64,000 nt of DNA. Source: an uncultured Chloroflexia bacterium (lineage in GTDB: Bacteria > Chloroflexota > Limnocylindria > QHBO01). Below are positions 1-10,408 of the stretch, piece after piece (position 1 is the stretch's first letter; every line of letters begins with the position of its first letter). The DNA lies in NCBI GenBank assembly GCA_963825525.1, contig CAWGTN010000001.1, forward strand, positions 4,725 to 68,724, given 5' to 3'. The translations under genes were made by a program, and so were the position numbers. Under the pieces are notes generated by a model. That model saw only the letters and a list, made by a program, of their open reading frames with translations, did not search any database and had not been told where the DNA came from.

Positions 1-308
1 ATGACCGACAGGTCCGTGTAGTCGCCACCGATGCCGTGGACGAGAATCGCCGCCGGGGCCCCCGTCGGACGGGTCCCGACGCAGCTGCCGTGGATGTTGC
101 CGCCCATGACGGTCACGTCGAATGGCACCGGGGCGTCGGCTGCTGGCGGCTCGGTGACCGACGGCTCGGTGACCGACGGCGCGGGCGCGGATTCCGACGA
201 TGCGGGCGCCTCCGCTGTCGTTGACGCGGGCGCCGCCGCACAGCCGGACGCGAGAAGACCCACGATCGTCAGGGCCGCGATCAATCGGACCTGGAGCCGT
301 GCAGACAT
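1..308 (-). CDS. Secreted lipoprotein, probable alpha/beta hydrolase; partial, its 3' end runs off the window
   Basis: The minus-strand translation from the ATG at 306-308 gives MSARLQVRLIAALTIVGLLASGC... This has a signal peptide and an LLASGC lipobox, and later an ILVHGIGG hydrolase-type motif. A GGAGG ribosome-binding site sits 5 nt upstream. It also contains a short tandem SVTEP-SVTEP repeat. Confidence 0.55.
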   Translation of the reverse strand, partial: MSARLQVRLIAALTIVGLLASGCAAAPASTTAEAPASSESAPAPSVTEPSVTEPPAADAPVPFDVTVMGGNIHGSCVGTRPTGAPAAILVHGIGGDYTDLSV

Positions 309-473
309 GTCAGCACCTCCCGTCGGAGCGCTGGAGCTGGAGCGCTCGCCGCGCATGATCGAACCCGTCGTCACCGTTGCCACTGCCAGCTGCCGTTGTC
401 ATTTGGGTCATCTGACGCGATTGCCTCGCTGCAGGTGTTCATCACTTACAACTGACGCGGCAGACGCCATCGG

Positions 474-1376
474 TTACGTGGTCCGATCCGCCGGCGCGCG
501 GGGATCCAACCAGGCGAATGACCCGGATTCGAGAAGCAGCCGGATGAAGACCTCGTCCGGCACGCCCCGTGTAGGCGCTGTGGTGTTTTCCATCAGCCGG
601 AAGCAGGCCCTCCCTCCGTCGATTTCGGGCCGGAGGACGATCCGGCCGGAGCCGTTCCAGGGCGTGAGACTCAGTGCCCCCGAGTGCATGCGATACCGCC
701 CACGATCGAGCTGCTGGCCTTCGTCGGTCTCGAGTCGATACGCGCCATCGTCCATGGTCAGCGTCCACCGCGAATCTCTGACGGGGACCTCGTCCAGGAC
801 AATGTCGACGAAGGCATCGTCCCGTGTCGCACGCATGCGCTTCACGACGTCGTCAGTACGCCAGCGTCGTTCGGAGACCCATCGGCCTCGATGGCCGATC
901 AGCGCCTCGCCGAGACGCTCGCGACCCCGGAACAGCCAGATCTTGGCCGCTGCCTCGGTGCAGCCGAGGATCTCGGCGACACGGCTGATCGGCAGGTCCG
1001 CCATGTAGTACAGCCGCACGGCCGCCCGCTCGTGAAGTGGTAGTGCGCCGATCGCTCGCTCGAGGTCCACCGTCGGGTGATCGTCGAAATGAGGGTGGTC
1101 GGGCCCGCTTGCCGCCATCTCTCGATTGACGCGATCGAGCTCGCGGCCCCTGCGCCTCCAGGCCATCCGGCGAGCTACGAGCCGAACCCAGGCATCGGGC
1201 GCTTCCAGGTGGGCCACCTCCTTCCACCGCTCGAGGGCGGCGATGAATGCGTCCTGTGCAACATCTTCGGCCGCGACACCGGCCACCGATTCGACGCTAC
1301 GGACGGTAGGAGCGAAGTGGATGCGGAAGAACGACGCGAAGTCGGGTGGATCCGGAGGCGTCGCGAGGGCTGTCAT
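474..1376 (-). CDS. ECF-family RNA polymerase sigma factor with an approximately 150-aa C-terminal extension
   Basis: The translation has sigma-70 region 2 (DVAQDAFIAALERW) and region 4 (LPLHERAAVRLYYMADLPISRVAEILGCTEAAAKIWLFRGRERL). The start is chosen at MTALA; the open frame extends further upstream to 1496. Confidence 0.8.
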   Translation of the reverse strand: MTALATPPDPPDFASFFRIHFAPTVRSVESVAGVAAEDVAQDAFIAALERWKEVAHLEAPDAWVRLVARRMAWRRRGRELDRVNREMAASGPDHPHFDDHPTVDLERAIGALPLHERAAVRLYYMADLPISRVAEILGCTEAAAKIWLFRGRERLGEALIGHRGRWVSERRWRTDDVVKRMRATRDDAFVDIVLDEVPVRDSRWTLTMDDGAYRLETDEGQQLDRGRYRMHSGALSLTPWNGSGRIVLRPEIDGGRACFRLMENTTAPTRGVPDEVFIRLLLESGSFAWLDPRAPADRTT

Positions 1377-1625
1377 GAGTGCGCGAGGCAAGGGCGAGCG
1401 CATCGGGCAGAGGGCGACGCCTGGCTCTTGATCGAGCTTCCGATCACGGGATGCCTCCGCGGTCAGGGCTGGTGACGGCCCAGTGTATGCCTCCACGACG
1501 TGCTTGCCGAGACTCGAGCTTCGCCTCGCGCTCTGTGGACGATGCTTGGGCGGCTGCGGCGTTCGGCCGAAGCGGAGACGTAGACCTGCGCGTGCGTGCC
1601 CATGCGGACCGACCGGCGCGCGGAC

Positions 1626-3548
1626 TCAACCGCCGATGGCTCGGGCGACGACGACCGCTGCCGCCGCCGACCAGCCCTGTGGCCGGCATGCGGCGGGGTA
1701 GGGGATGGCACGTCCCGACTCGTCGCGCGCCACCCCGGCAAACAGCTCCGGCAATCGCCATTCGAACGACGCCGCCGCGGCGAGCAGCCCTTCCGCCACG
1801 GTGCGGGCCTCCGCGCCGAAGCCGTCGGCGAGCATGCCGTCAATGATCATCGCCGTGTCGTGCGGCCACACCGCGCCGGCGTGGTATCGCATCGGCCAGT
1901 AGCCGCCGTTCGTGGTCGACAGCGTTCGGATGCCGAAGCCCGAGAACAGGGTGGGATCCATGAGGCGCTCGACCACGGCGCGCTGCTCGTCGCCGTCGAG
2001 CATGCCGGTACCCAGCAGGTGGCCCATGTTCGACGCGATGCCGTCCACGGCGCGGCCCTCGGCATCGAGCGCTACCGCGGGGTAGCGCGCACCGGTCGCG
2101 CCGTCACTGACCCAGAACGCGTCGCGGAAGCGCTCCGCCATCGAGTTGCCCCAGGTTCGCAGCTCGGCAGCTCCAGACTGACCGAGGGCGTCGAGCATCT
2201 CCGCCGCGTGGTGCGCAGCGCGGACTGCGTAACCCTGCACCTCGCATAGCGCGATCGGCCCATCCGCCAGGGACCCATCGGCCCAGCGCACGGCATCACC
2301 CGAGTCCTTCCATCCCTGGTTGGCCAGGCCGTGCCCGGTCGGGTCGTGGTAGGTGAGGAAGCCGCGAGGATCCGAGGCGGCGGCGTCACGCATCCAGCCG
2401 ATGGCCGCCTCGAGATGCGGCGCGAGCGCCGCGACCTCGTCGATCGGCATCCCCGCGCGCCATGCGTCGTGAAGCAGCGAGATCCAGAGGGGCGTAGCGT
2501 CCACGGTGCCGAAGTAGCGTGGCGGCAGCACCAGCCGCGTGCTGGCACTCGCGTGGTGCGTCGCATCACGTCGCAGCTCGTGGACGATTCTCCCCGGAGC
2601 CTCGGCGGTCGCAGCGTCATGGTCGGTTCCCTGGAGGTGAGCCAGCGCAACGACCGTGCCGTGGGCGATCTGGGGGGCCGCGGGTACCAGCAGGCTCGCG
2701 GCAATGATGCTGTCACGGCCGAAGAGCGTCAGGAACCATGGAGCGCCCGCGGCGATGAATGGTGCCTTGGGCAACCCGCGCAACGTGAGCTCGAGGCCCT
2801 CGAGATCGTCGAATGCCTGGCGCACGAGCCGACCAAGGTCGTGCGCCCGGCCATCCGGAACTGCGACCCGGTCGGCGGCCGCCGCCAGGGTGCGGGTGGC
2901 CGGAGCGGCGACCACCGCTCCGCTGTCGGTGGCATCGAGCGACCACGTTCCGGCGGCCGATCCGCCCGGCGGGGCGGTAAGGCCCCACGTGATCTCGAAG
3001 CCTTTCTCGTCGCGGGTTCGGGCGCCATCGGTCGCGATGCGAACGCCGACCCGACCGTCCGGCGTGGACCAGCCATCGTCGGTGGCCAACACCGGCCCGG
3101 CCTGTCCGCCGCCGCCCGACTTGACGACGTGCATCGGCGTCGCGTCGGGCGTGATTCGGATGGCGATCGCAACCGCCACGGGGTGGCTCGACGCGTTGAG
3201 CAGGGTGAGCGTCTCGGATACCGCGTCTCCGCCCATGGCTCGCTGACGCACGAGAAGGATCTCCGGATCGACGACGGCGCCGCCGCGGCGGAGCACAGCG
3301 CGGAGCTCCTGGCGCCGTGGAACGCCGTGATCGGTCGACAAGTGCGCGATCGACCATCCATCCGCGCGGATCGCGAGCTCGCGGACGATGCGGGTGTCGC
3401 CGAGGTACACGCCCTGTGCGCCCGCCCCAGCGTCGATCGAACCGTCGGGCGCGCTCCATGCCTGCATGGGTGCGGCAAGCAGGCACGCCAGGTCGTGGAG
3501 GAACGGTTGCTCCGCGATATGGACGTGATTGGGGGCGTCGTCAGCCAT
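1626..3548 (-). CDS. Glycogen-debranching-enzyme-like glycoside hydrolase (amylo-alpha-1,6-glucosidase family) with an N-terminal GDE domain
   Basis: The 640-aa translation has an FLTLFGRDSII motif and a C-terminal (alpha/alpha)6-barrel signature (GYWPMRYHAGAVWPHD, RLPELFAG). A GAGGA ribosome-binding site precedes the ATG at 3548. Confidence 0.85.
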   Translation of the reverse strand: MADDAPNHVHIAEQPFLHDLACLLAAPMQAWSAPDGSIDAGAGAQGVYLGDTRIVRELAIRADGWSIAHLSTDHGVPRRQELRAVLRRGGAVVDPEILLVRQRAMGGDAVSETLTLLNASSHPVAVAIAIRITPDATPMHVVKSGGGGQAGPVLATDDGWSTPDGRVGVRIATDGARTRDEKGFEITWGLTAPPGGSAAGTWSLDATDSGAVVAAPATRTLAAAADRVAVPDGRAHDLGRLVRQAFDDLEGLELTLRGLPKAPFIAAGAPWFLTLFGRDSIIAASLLVPAAPQIAHGTVVALAHLQGTDHDAATAEAPGRIVHELRRDATHHASASTRLVLPPRYFGTVDATPLWISLLHDAWRAGMPIDEVAALAPHLEAAIGWMRDAAASDPRGFLTYHDPTGHGLANQGWKDSGDAVRWADGSLADGPIALCEVQGYAVRAAHHAAEMLDALGQSGAAELRTWGNSMAERFRDAFWVSDGATGARYPAVALDAEGRAVDGIASNMGHLLGTGMLDGDEQRAVVERLMDPTLFSGFGIRTLSTTNGGYWPMRYHAGAVWPHDTAMIIDGMLADGFGAEARTVAEGLLAAAASFEWRLPELFAGVARDESGRAIPYPAACRPQGWSAAAAVVVARAIGG

Positions 3549-3617
3549 CGATATCCTCATGCTACGCCCGGCGGGGTTGACAACCGGGGCAACGCGATCC
3601 ACGATGACGATACCGCA

Positions 3618-3631
3618 TTTGAACGTTCAAA
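3618..3631. promoter_or_regulatory. Perfect palindrome ATTTGAACGTTCAAAT, likely the LacI-family operator in the divergent promoter region
   Basis: A 14-16 bp perfect inverted repeat with a central CG, matching the TGnAAnCGnTTnCA-type LacI/GalR operator consensus. It lies between the hydrolase start at 3548 and the LacI start at 3677. A TTGACA hexamer is at 3577-3582. Confidence 0.6.
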
Positions 3632-3676
3632 TCGACGGGCGAGAGCCTCCGGAAATCCGCAACGGAAGTGGAGAAG

Positions 3677-4756
3677 ATGGGCGCACGGCGACCCACGCTG
3701 GAATCGCTTGCCACCGACCTTGGCGTGTCCCGCCAGACGGTGTGGAACGTGCTGAATCGACCTGCGGTCGTCGCCGAGCCCACTCGCCAGCGCATAGCGG
3801 CTGCCATCAGCGCCGCGGGCTACGTCCCTTCCCGCGCCGGCCGACAGCTGCGCACGCAGCGCTCGCACGCCATCGGCATTCGCCTGATGCCGACCTTCGA
3901 TGGCATCAACGGACACATCCTGGACACTTTTCTCCACGAGCTGGCCGAGCACGCCCATCGCTCCGACTATCGCCTCGCGCTGTTCGCCGCTGCCAACGAG
4001 ACGGACGAGATCGCCACCTATGCCCGGATGCGAGCGTCGAACGAGATCGACGGCGTAGTGCTCACCTCCACGACCATCGACGACGAGCGCATCACATGGC
4101 TCCTCGAGAACGATGTGCCGTTCGTGTCGTTCGGCCGGCCATGGCGCCGCGACGCCGATGCGACGACCGCACCGCATGACTGGGTGGACGTCGACGGAGC
4201 CGCGGGGACCGAGGCGGTCACGCGCCACCTCTTGGCGGACGGCCACGTCCGGATCGGCTACCTGTCGTGGCCGGCGCAGCCGGACGTCGGCGGCGACCGC
4301 CTCGCCGGCTGGGAGCGCGCGATGCGTCTCACCTCCGACGAGCTCGACCTCTCCACCCTCATGGCCGAGTGCTCGAATGACGTGACCGATGCGCGCCGCG
4401 CCGCCCGCGAGCTGCTCGACCGCGGGATCACCGCGTTCGTGTGCGCGTCCGATACGCTGGCGCTCGGCGCGCGAGCGGCCCTCGGTGCGCGGAGTCCAGC
4501 CGCACCACCTGTCCCCATCGTCGGCTTCGACGACACCCCTGTTGCCCGCGCACTGGGCCTCAGCTCAGTCGCTCAGCCGATCGTCCGCGCGGCACGAACC
4601 TCGGTTGCGCTGCTCGTGAGCCGGCTCGCCGGGGAGCGTCCGCCCGAGCATGTCCTGCTTCCCCCGTCACCGGTGTTCCGCGACTCCGAGATCGCCACAC
4701 CGTCGTTGTTCGAGAGCGTCGGAACCATCCAGGAGAAGGAGATCACCAACCCATGA
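3677..4756 (+). CDS. LacI-family transcriptional regulator
   Basis: N-terminal helix-turn-helix (PTLESLATDLGVSRQTVWNVLNRP) followed by a periplasmic-binding-protein-like sugar-binding domain. The open frame begins at a GTG at 3668; the start is chosen at the ATG at 3677. Confidence 0.85.
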   Translation: MGARRPTLESLATDLGVSRQTVWNVLNRPAVVAEPTRQRIAAAISAAGYVPSRAGRQLRTQRSHAIGIRLMPTFDGINGHILDTFLHELAEHAHRSDYRLALFAAANETDEIATYARMRASNEIDGVVLTSTTIDDERITWLLENDVPFVSFGRPWRRDADATTAPHDWVDVDGAAGTEAVTRHLLADGHVRIGYLSWPAQPDVGGDRLAGWERAMRLTSDELDLSTLMAECSNDVTDARRAARELLDRGITAFVCASDTLALGARAALGARSPAAPPVPIVGFDDTPVARALGLSSVAQPIVRAARTSVALLVSRLAGERPPEHVLLPPSPVFRDSEIATPSLFESVGTIQEKEITNP

Positions 4757-6040
4757 TTCACCGATTTCCGCGCGTGCCGGCCATCCTCGCCGCTTCCGCG
4801 CTCCTGCTCGCCGCCTGCGGCAGCGGATTCGAATCAGAGGCGCCGGGGTCAACGGCACCGGCGTCGGCGGATCCCGGATCATCGACCGATGCCAGCACGC
4901 CGGCCGAGGCCGGGGCCGATCTGACGATCCTCATCGGTTCATCGGGCGACGCCGAGACGAACCTGGTGAACGATCTTGTGGCCGAGTGGTCGGCCGAGTC
5001 CGGCGTGAATGCCGAGGTCGTCGTGGCATCGGACCTCAACCAGCAGCTCTCGCAGGGCTTCAGCTCGAACAGCCCGCCCGACCTGTTCTACCTCTCGACC
5101 GATCAGATGGCCGCTTACGCCGCCACCGATTCGCTCGAGCCATATGCGGAGTCGCTCTCGAACGCCGACGACTTCTACCCGAATCTGCGCGAGGCGTTCA
5201 CCTACGACGGACAGTTCATGTGCGCGCCGAAGGACTTCTCGACATTGGCGCTGATCATCAACTCGGATCATGTGGTCGGAGGCCGGACTGACCGACGACG
5301 ACATTCCGACGACGTGGGAGGAGCTCGCCTCGGTCGCCGAGCAGCTGACGACCGACGACCACGTGGGCCTGGCCTACGGGCCGGAGGTGCAGCGCATCGG
5401 CGTGTTCATGGCCGAGGCCGGTGGAGCGTTCATCGATGACGATGGCACGACGGCGGTCGTCGACTCGCCGGAGAATGCCGAGGCGCTCCAGTACGTCAAG
5501 GACCAGATGGCGGCCGGCACGTTCTCCTACTCGTCCGACCTCGGCGCGGGCTGGGGCGGCGAGGCGTTCGGCAACGGCCTGGCGGCCATGGTGATCGAGG
5601 GCAACTGGATCGCCGGCGCCATGACGAACGACTTCCCGGACGTCAACTATGTCGTGGCCGAGCTGCCGGAAGGACCGGGCGGCAAGGGCACGATCCAGTA
5701 CACGAACTGCTGGGGCATGGCGGCGCTGTCGGACAACATCCCCGGCGCGACATCGCTGGTCGAGCATCTGACCAGCACCGAGTCTCAGCTGGCCGCGGCC
5801 GAAGCCTTCGGCGTGATGCCGTCGGTGGCATCGGCGGCGGAGGAGTGGAAGGCGGCGTTCCCCGAGTTCGCGGCGTTCATCGATGGTGCCGAGTACGCCA
5901 TCAACCTTCCGGCCCAGCCGGGGACCGGCGATGTGATCAGTGACTTCAACTCGCAGCTCGAGACGCTGCCCGCCACGGAACCCGAGGCGATCCTCACCAG
6001 CGTCCAGCAGAGCCTTCAGGCCGCGCTGGACGATCAGTAG
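4753..6040 (+). pseudogene. Sugar ABC transporter substrate-binding lipoprotein (family 1), disrupted by a 1-nt frameshift near 5266-5272
   Basis: The N-terminal half (MIHRFPRVPAILAASALLLAACGS..., with a lipobox) is in frame 1. The C-terminal half (MWSEAGLTDDDIPTTWEEL...AGTFSY...) continues in frame 2. The junction ...INSD|MWSEAG... implies one extra C. Confidence 0.75.
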
Positions 6041-6150
6041 GCTCTCCTCCACAGTCCGGGGTGGCGCGCATCGCGCCACCCCGGCACGGTCCACGTTGGA
6101 CTCCGACGGCACCCGGACGGTGCTGACCTCGTTCACCGCTTGAGGGCGAG

Positions 6151-7189
6151 ATGATAGGTACGCGGTCGCGCGGCTCGATCCACGGTAACCGGGCCTTGGC
6201 GGGATGGCTCTTCGTCACCCCCGCCATCGTCATCATCGGCCTGTTCGTACTCGTGCCGATCGTCATGGCCGCCTGGGTCAGCGTTTCGGACTGGTCGGGC
6301 ATCGGTCCGCCCTTCGCCGAGGGCGTGAATTTCGTCGGTGTCGACAACTACGCCGAGCTGCTCGGTGGAACCGGTCTCGCCACGCGAGATCTCGGCACCG
6401 CACTCCGCAACAACCTGTTCTACGTGCTCCTTGTCGTCCCGCTCCAGACCGCCATCGCGCTGGGGCTGGCGATCCTCGTCAACCGGCGGGTCATGCGCGC
6501 CCGCGGCTTCTTCCGCACCGCGTTCTACTTCCCCTCGGTAACCTCGTCGGTCGCCATTGTCGTGCTGTGGCTCTTCCTGTTCAGCGCCACCGGGCCGGTG
6601 AACAAGGTGCTCAGCTGGGTCTGGATCGACGGCCCGAACTGGTTCCAGGACCCGCGCGGCATCTTCCACATCGTCTTCGGGGCCTTCGGCATCACCGGTG
6701 CCGGACAACCCGCTCAGCGGTGCGAACTTCCTGGGGATCAGCGGCTGGGACTGGGTCTCCGGCCCGTCGGTCGCCATGAGCGCATTCATCCTCATGGCCG
6801 TCTTCACCACCTCGGGCACGTTCATGCTCCTGTTCATCGCCGCCCTCCAGCAGATCAACGCCGAGGTCGAGGAAGCGGCCATGACCGATGGCGCGAACGC
6901 CTGGCAACGCTTCCGGTACGTCACCCTGCCGATGCTCAAGCCGATCGTCTTCACGGTGGTCACGCTCGGCCTGATCGGGACATGGCAGGTCTTCGACCAG
7001 ATCTACGTGGGCACGCAGGGTGGCCCGGCGAAGACGACGCTGACGCCGGCCTACCTGTCGTTCAACTCGGCGTTCAACAACTATGACTGGCCCCGTGGCG
7101 CGGCCATCGCCTTCATCCTGTTCGCGATCATCGTGGTTCTCACCGCCCTCCAGCGGCTGTGGATCGGACGGACCGAGGTGGGACGATGA
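6151..7189 (+). pseudogene. Sugar ABC transporter permease (MalF-like), disrupted by a 1-nt frameshift near 6690-6700
   Basis: The N-terminal 180 aa carry several transmembrane segments up to ...GIFHIVFGAFGIT, and then the frame changes. The remainder (PDNPLSGANFLGISGW...EAAMTDGANAWQRFRYVTLPMLKP, with the EAA motif) reads in the +1 frame through to 7189. Confidence 0.75.
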
Positions 7190-8020
7190 CTCGACGCGAA
7201 GGGCTGTTGGCGTGGGCGCCGTTCGTGGTGCTCATCGTGCTGGCGACCATCTACATCGCGCCGTTCCTCGTGCAGGTGGTCAACTCATTCCGGCCCGACG
7301 CAGATGTCGTTCGCGAGCCACTGTCCCTCGGGCTCGGGTCGTGGACCGCGGCAGCCTACGACCGCTTGTTCACCCGCAGTGACTTTCCGTTGTGGACCAT
7401 GAACTCGTTCATCGTCACGCTGTCCGTCACGGTTGGCCGAGTCTTCTTCGTCAGCCTGGCTGGCTATTCGCTGGCGCGCATCCCGTTCCGGGGCCGCAGT
7501 GTCGTGTACGCCCTGCTCATCGCCGTCATGGCGGTACCGGGCGTGGTGCTGTTGATTCCGAAATTCATCGTCATCAACCAGCTCGGCATGTACGACTCGT
7601 ACTCCGGAATGATCATCCCCCTGCTGGCCGATGCTGCGGGCGTGTTCATCATGAAGAACTTCTTCGAGTCGATCCCCGTCGCCGTCGAGGAGCAGGCTCG
7701 CATCGACGGGGCCGGGCGTGTTCCGAATCTTCTGGTCCATCGTGCTGCCGATGTCATTGCCGGCGGTGATGACCATCGTCATCCTCTCGTTCCAGGGGTC
7801 GTGGAACGAGCTCAGCCACTTCATCGTGTCGACCCAGAGCACCGACCTGACGACGCTCACCAAGGGCGTCGCGCAGCTCGCGTCCGGGCAGCTGAGCCAG
7901 GGCTCCCAGTTCCCGATCAAGCTCGCCGCCGCGCTGCTCATGACCGTCCCCGTCGCCGTGGTGTTCTTCATCTTCCAGAAGCGGATCATGAACGTCGGTG
8001 CCGGCGCAGTGAAGGAGTAG
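7186..8020 (+). pseudogene. Sugar ABC transporter permease (MalG-like), disrupted by a 1-nt frameshift near 7705-7720
   Basis: MTRREGLLAW...EEQARIDGAG is in one frame and FRIFWSIVLPMSLPAVMTIV... in another. The break falls within a gggccgggc run. The ATGA start overlaps the upstream stop. Confidence 0.75.
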
Positions 8021-8280
8021 CGGGAGCTCGAGCGTCGGCCGGACGGCGGAGCACCGGACCGAGGCTGATCCCATCACGGCGACATGCGCTTGCGGGGGAG
8101 TTTGCCCGTGCCTATAGTCGCGGTGGCGTCCTGCCCGACGCCCAAGCTCCGCCGGGTGCCTGCGTGACCCGCTCGAGGAGTCAAAGGGGATTGGTGTCCT
8201 CCGGGCGGACCTGACGGCCACGAAACCTGAGGGTCGTTGCGACGGTGCGCAGGACTGGTGCGGCGGCCGGAGGGCTTTCG

Positions 8281-9258
8281 ATGACCGAGCAGAAGCATCT
8301 CAAGGCGCTCATCCGATCCCGGATGGCGCGCACCGGTGAGTCATACACCAGCGCACGCAGCCACACCGTCAGGCACGAGGCGCGTCCGACCCTGACGCTG
8401 GCGGCCGAGTTCCGGGCCCACGACAAGCACTGCATGACGGCAGTCTTCACCGCCGATGGCGGACACATCGTCAGCGGCGGCTTCGGCGGCCAGGCACGCA
8501 TCTGGACACCCGACGGGACCCGGGTCGGCGAATTCGTCGGCCACGAGTCGGCCGTCAGCGTGGTGCGCATCTCGCCGGACGGAGCCACCGCCATCACCGC
8601 CTCATCCGACAAGACCGTCCGTACCTGGGATCTTCCGACGAGACGGCAGATTGCCGTGCTCGGAACGCATCGGAAGCAGGTCCTGGCACTCGATCTTGAC
8701 GCGGCGCGGGACCGGGTGTGGAGTGGTGGCCACGATGGCCGGCTCAACGCGTGGACCCTCTCGACAGGGGAGCGTGTGGCCCAGATCGATCTTGGCGGCA
8801 GTGTGTCTTCGGTCGCCGTGCGAGCAACGGATGGGACGGTGGCCGTAGCCACGGTTGGCGCCGGGATCGCGATCCTGGGTCCTGACGGCGAGGAGATGGT
8901 TCGCTTGGCCGAGGACGCCTCCGTCGTCGGCTCGGTGACGTGGGCGACCGACGGCGGCTTCATGCTTGCGTCGGGGCAACGCGTGGCCACGGTCTGGGCA
9001 TCGGACACCTGGCAGCTCGTGCGGTCGCTGGAGACGGGGCCGGGGAGCATGCTGCCGGCGGCGCTCAGTGATGACGGGGGCCGGATGGCGCTCGGATGGG
9101 ACCATCACGTGGGCCTCTGGAGCGCCGATGAGTCGCAGCAGGGCGTGGTGATCAACGACCTTCCCAAGGGCGTCTATGGCCTGGCGTTCTCGCCCGACGG
9201 TCGCTCCTTAGCTATGGCGGCGGCGGACGGTCGGGTTCGCGTCTGGTCAGTCACCTAG
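8281..9258 (+). CDS. WD40 / beta-propeller repeat protein with a short N-terminal DNA-binding-like module
   Basis: Repeated WD-like blocks are present (GHESAVSVVRISPDG, TASSDKTVRTWDL, SGGHDGRLNAWTL, AAADGRVRVWSV). The N-terminal MTEQKHLKALIRSRMARTGESYTSARSH resembles a ribbon/HTH-like peptide; that resemblance is tentative. Confidence 0.75.
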   Translation: MTEQKHLKALIRSRMARTGESYTSARSHTVRHEARPTLTLAAEFRAHDKHCMTAVFTADGGHIVSGGFGGQARIWTPDGTRVGEFVGHESAVSVVRISPDGATAITASSDKTVRTWDLPTRRQIAVLGTHRKQVLALDLDAARDRVWSGGHDGRLNAWTLSTGERVAQIDLGGSVSSVAVRATDGTVAVATVGAGIAILGPDGEEMVRLAEDASVVGSVTWATDGGFMLASGQRVATVWASDTWQLVRSLETGPGSMLPAALSDDGGRMALGWDHHVGLWSADESQQGVVINDLPKGVYGLAFSPDGRSLAMAAADGRVRVWSVT

Positions 9259-9503
9259 GAGCCTCCCGACCTGCACGATGCTGGGGCCGCTCTCGAACGA
9301 TGACGGTCTGCCGCGAGACGCCCATCACCCGCGCCAGGTCGGCCCGGCCGTGCAGGATCAGTCACGCATGCGGCGCCTTGGAGAGTGCTGCCAGCGGACG
9401 CCGGCAAAAGGGAGCCCGCCGGCGGGGAGTGTCCTCGCGGATCACTCGCCTGACCGACGGGCCCCGAATGCGCCTGGCGTTCAGAACTGTCTCACCACAC
9501 GCG

Positions 9504-10217
9504 TCAGGCGGACACAGGTGCTCGCCGAAGGACCGGAACCGAGACCTTCTCGGGCCGAACCGCCCACACCAGGCCACCGCCTGCGATCAGGAGAGTTGCG
9601 CCGAGTCCTGCGAACAGAGCCGCGAGGCCGAGACCGAGCTGGAGCGCGGAGGCAGTGACGGTCCCGACGCCGAGCTCACCGATCAGGGCGTGGGCCACGC
9701 CGGTCCAGGCTTGTGCGCGGGCCGGACCCTCGATCGGATGCTCGCGATTGAAGTCGGCCCAGTAGCGGCCGTCCACCGCGAACTCGTACGTGCCGGCGGC
9801 GAACAGCTCGCCGTTGTAGGTGACGTCCTCCGCGAGGACGATGGTCTGGGTCGAGTTCAGGGTGTGATAGGCGACCGTCGCCATCTGGAACATGTACTCG
9901 CTGCCGGTATTGACGATCGGGTCAGCCGGGTCGAGCTCGCCGGCGACGACGGGGTAGCCCCACTCATCGGTCAGCAGACCCATGATTGCCTGCGCGCCTT
10001 CGGGCTCGCCGCGATCGACGAGCTGGCCGGCTTCGTTGTAGCTGAGCTCGACGCCCTGTGCCGCGCTGAACGCGTTCAGGGATGCCTGTCCCTCCTGGAC
10101 CTTGAAGAAGGCAAAGCCTCCAGCGACGACGAAGGCGAGGCCGATGAGGCCAAGCACGATGCCGAGGCCCTTCAATCGATTGATCACGGTACTTCTCCCG
10201 TTTCCCTGTGCGTTCAA
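9504..10217 (-). CDS. Hypothetical membrane-anchored protein
   Basis: An N-terminal signal anchor (GLGIVLGLIGLAFVVAGGFAFF) and a second C-terminal transmembrane segment. Amino-acid composition is protein-like. It lies downstream of, and on the same strand as, the ECF sigma gene, so an anti-sigma role is possible but unsupported. Confidence 0.6.
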   Translation of the reverse strand: MNAQGNGRSTVINRLKGLGIVLGLIGLAFVVAGGFAFFKVQEGQASLNAFSAAQGVELSYNEAGQLVDRGEPEGAQAIMGLLTDEWGYPVVAGELDPADPIVNTGSEYMFQMATVAYHTLNSTQTIVLAEDVTYNGELFAAGTYEFAVDGRYWADFNREHPIEGPARAQAWTGVAHALIGELGVGTVTASALQLGLGLAALFAGLGATLLIAGGGLVWAVRPEKVSVPVLRRAPVSA

Positions 10218-10408
10218 AGCCTCATGGCTCCGGTGTGCTCACCTTCGCCGCTGCGCCTGCCTGAGCGCAGTACCGAACGGCCCCCTCTCGCCGGCCAGAT
10301 GGCCCCCGACCGGGAAGTCAGGGGGTCTGCAGTGTGATTTCGTCAAACGAGCCATCCCGGGGTGCGGCGCTACCGCTTGCGGCGCCGTCGCGGGATCACG
10401 TGGGAGTC

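Noticed and set aside
160-190. A 15-bp tandem duplication (ggctcggtgaccgac, two copies).
   Set aside because: It lies inside the lipoprotein coding sequence and simply encodes an SVTEP-SVTEP linker repeat. It is not an independent element.
9300-10337. A plus-strand ORF of 345 aa.
   Set aside because: It overlaps the minus-strand membrane-protein gene, which has a clean signal anchor and a protein-like composition. The plus-frame translation is Arg-rich junk.
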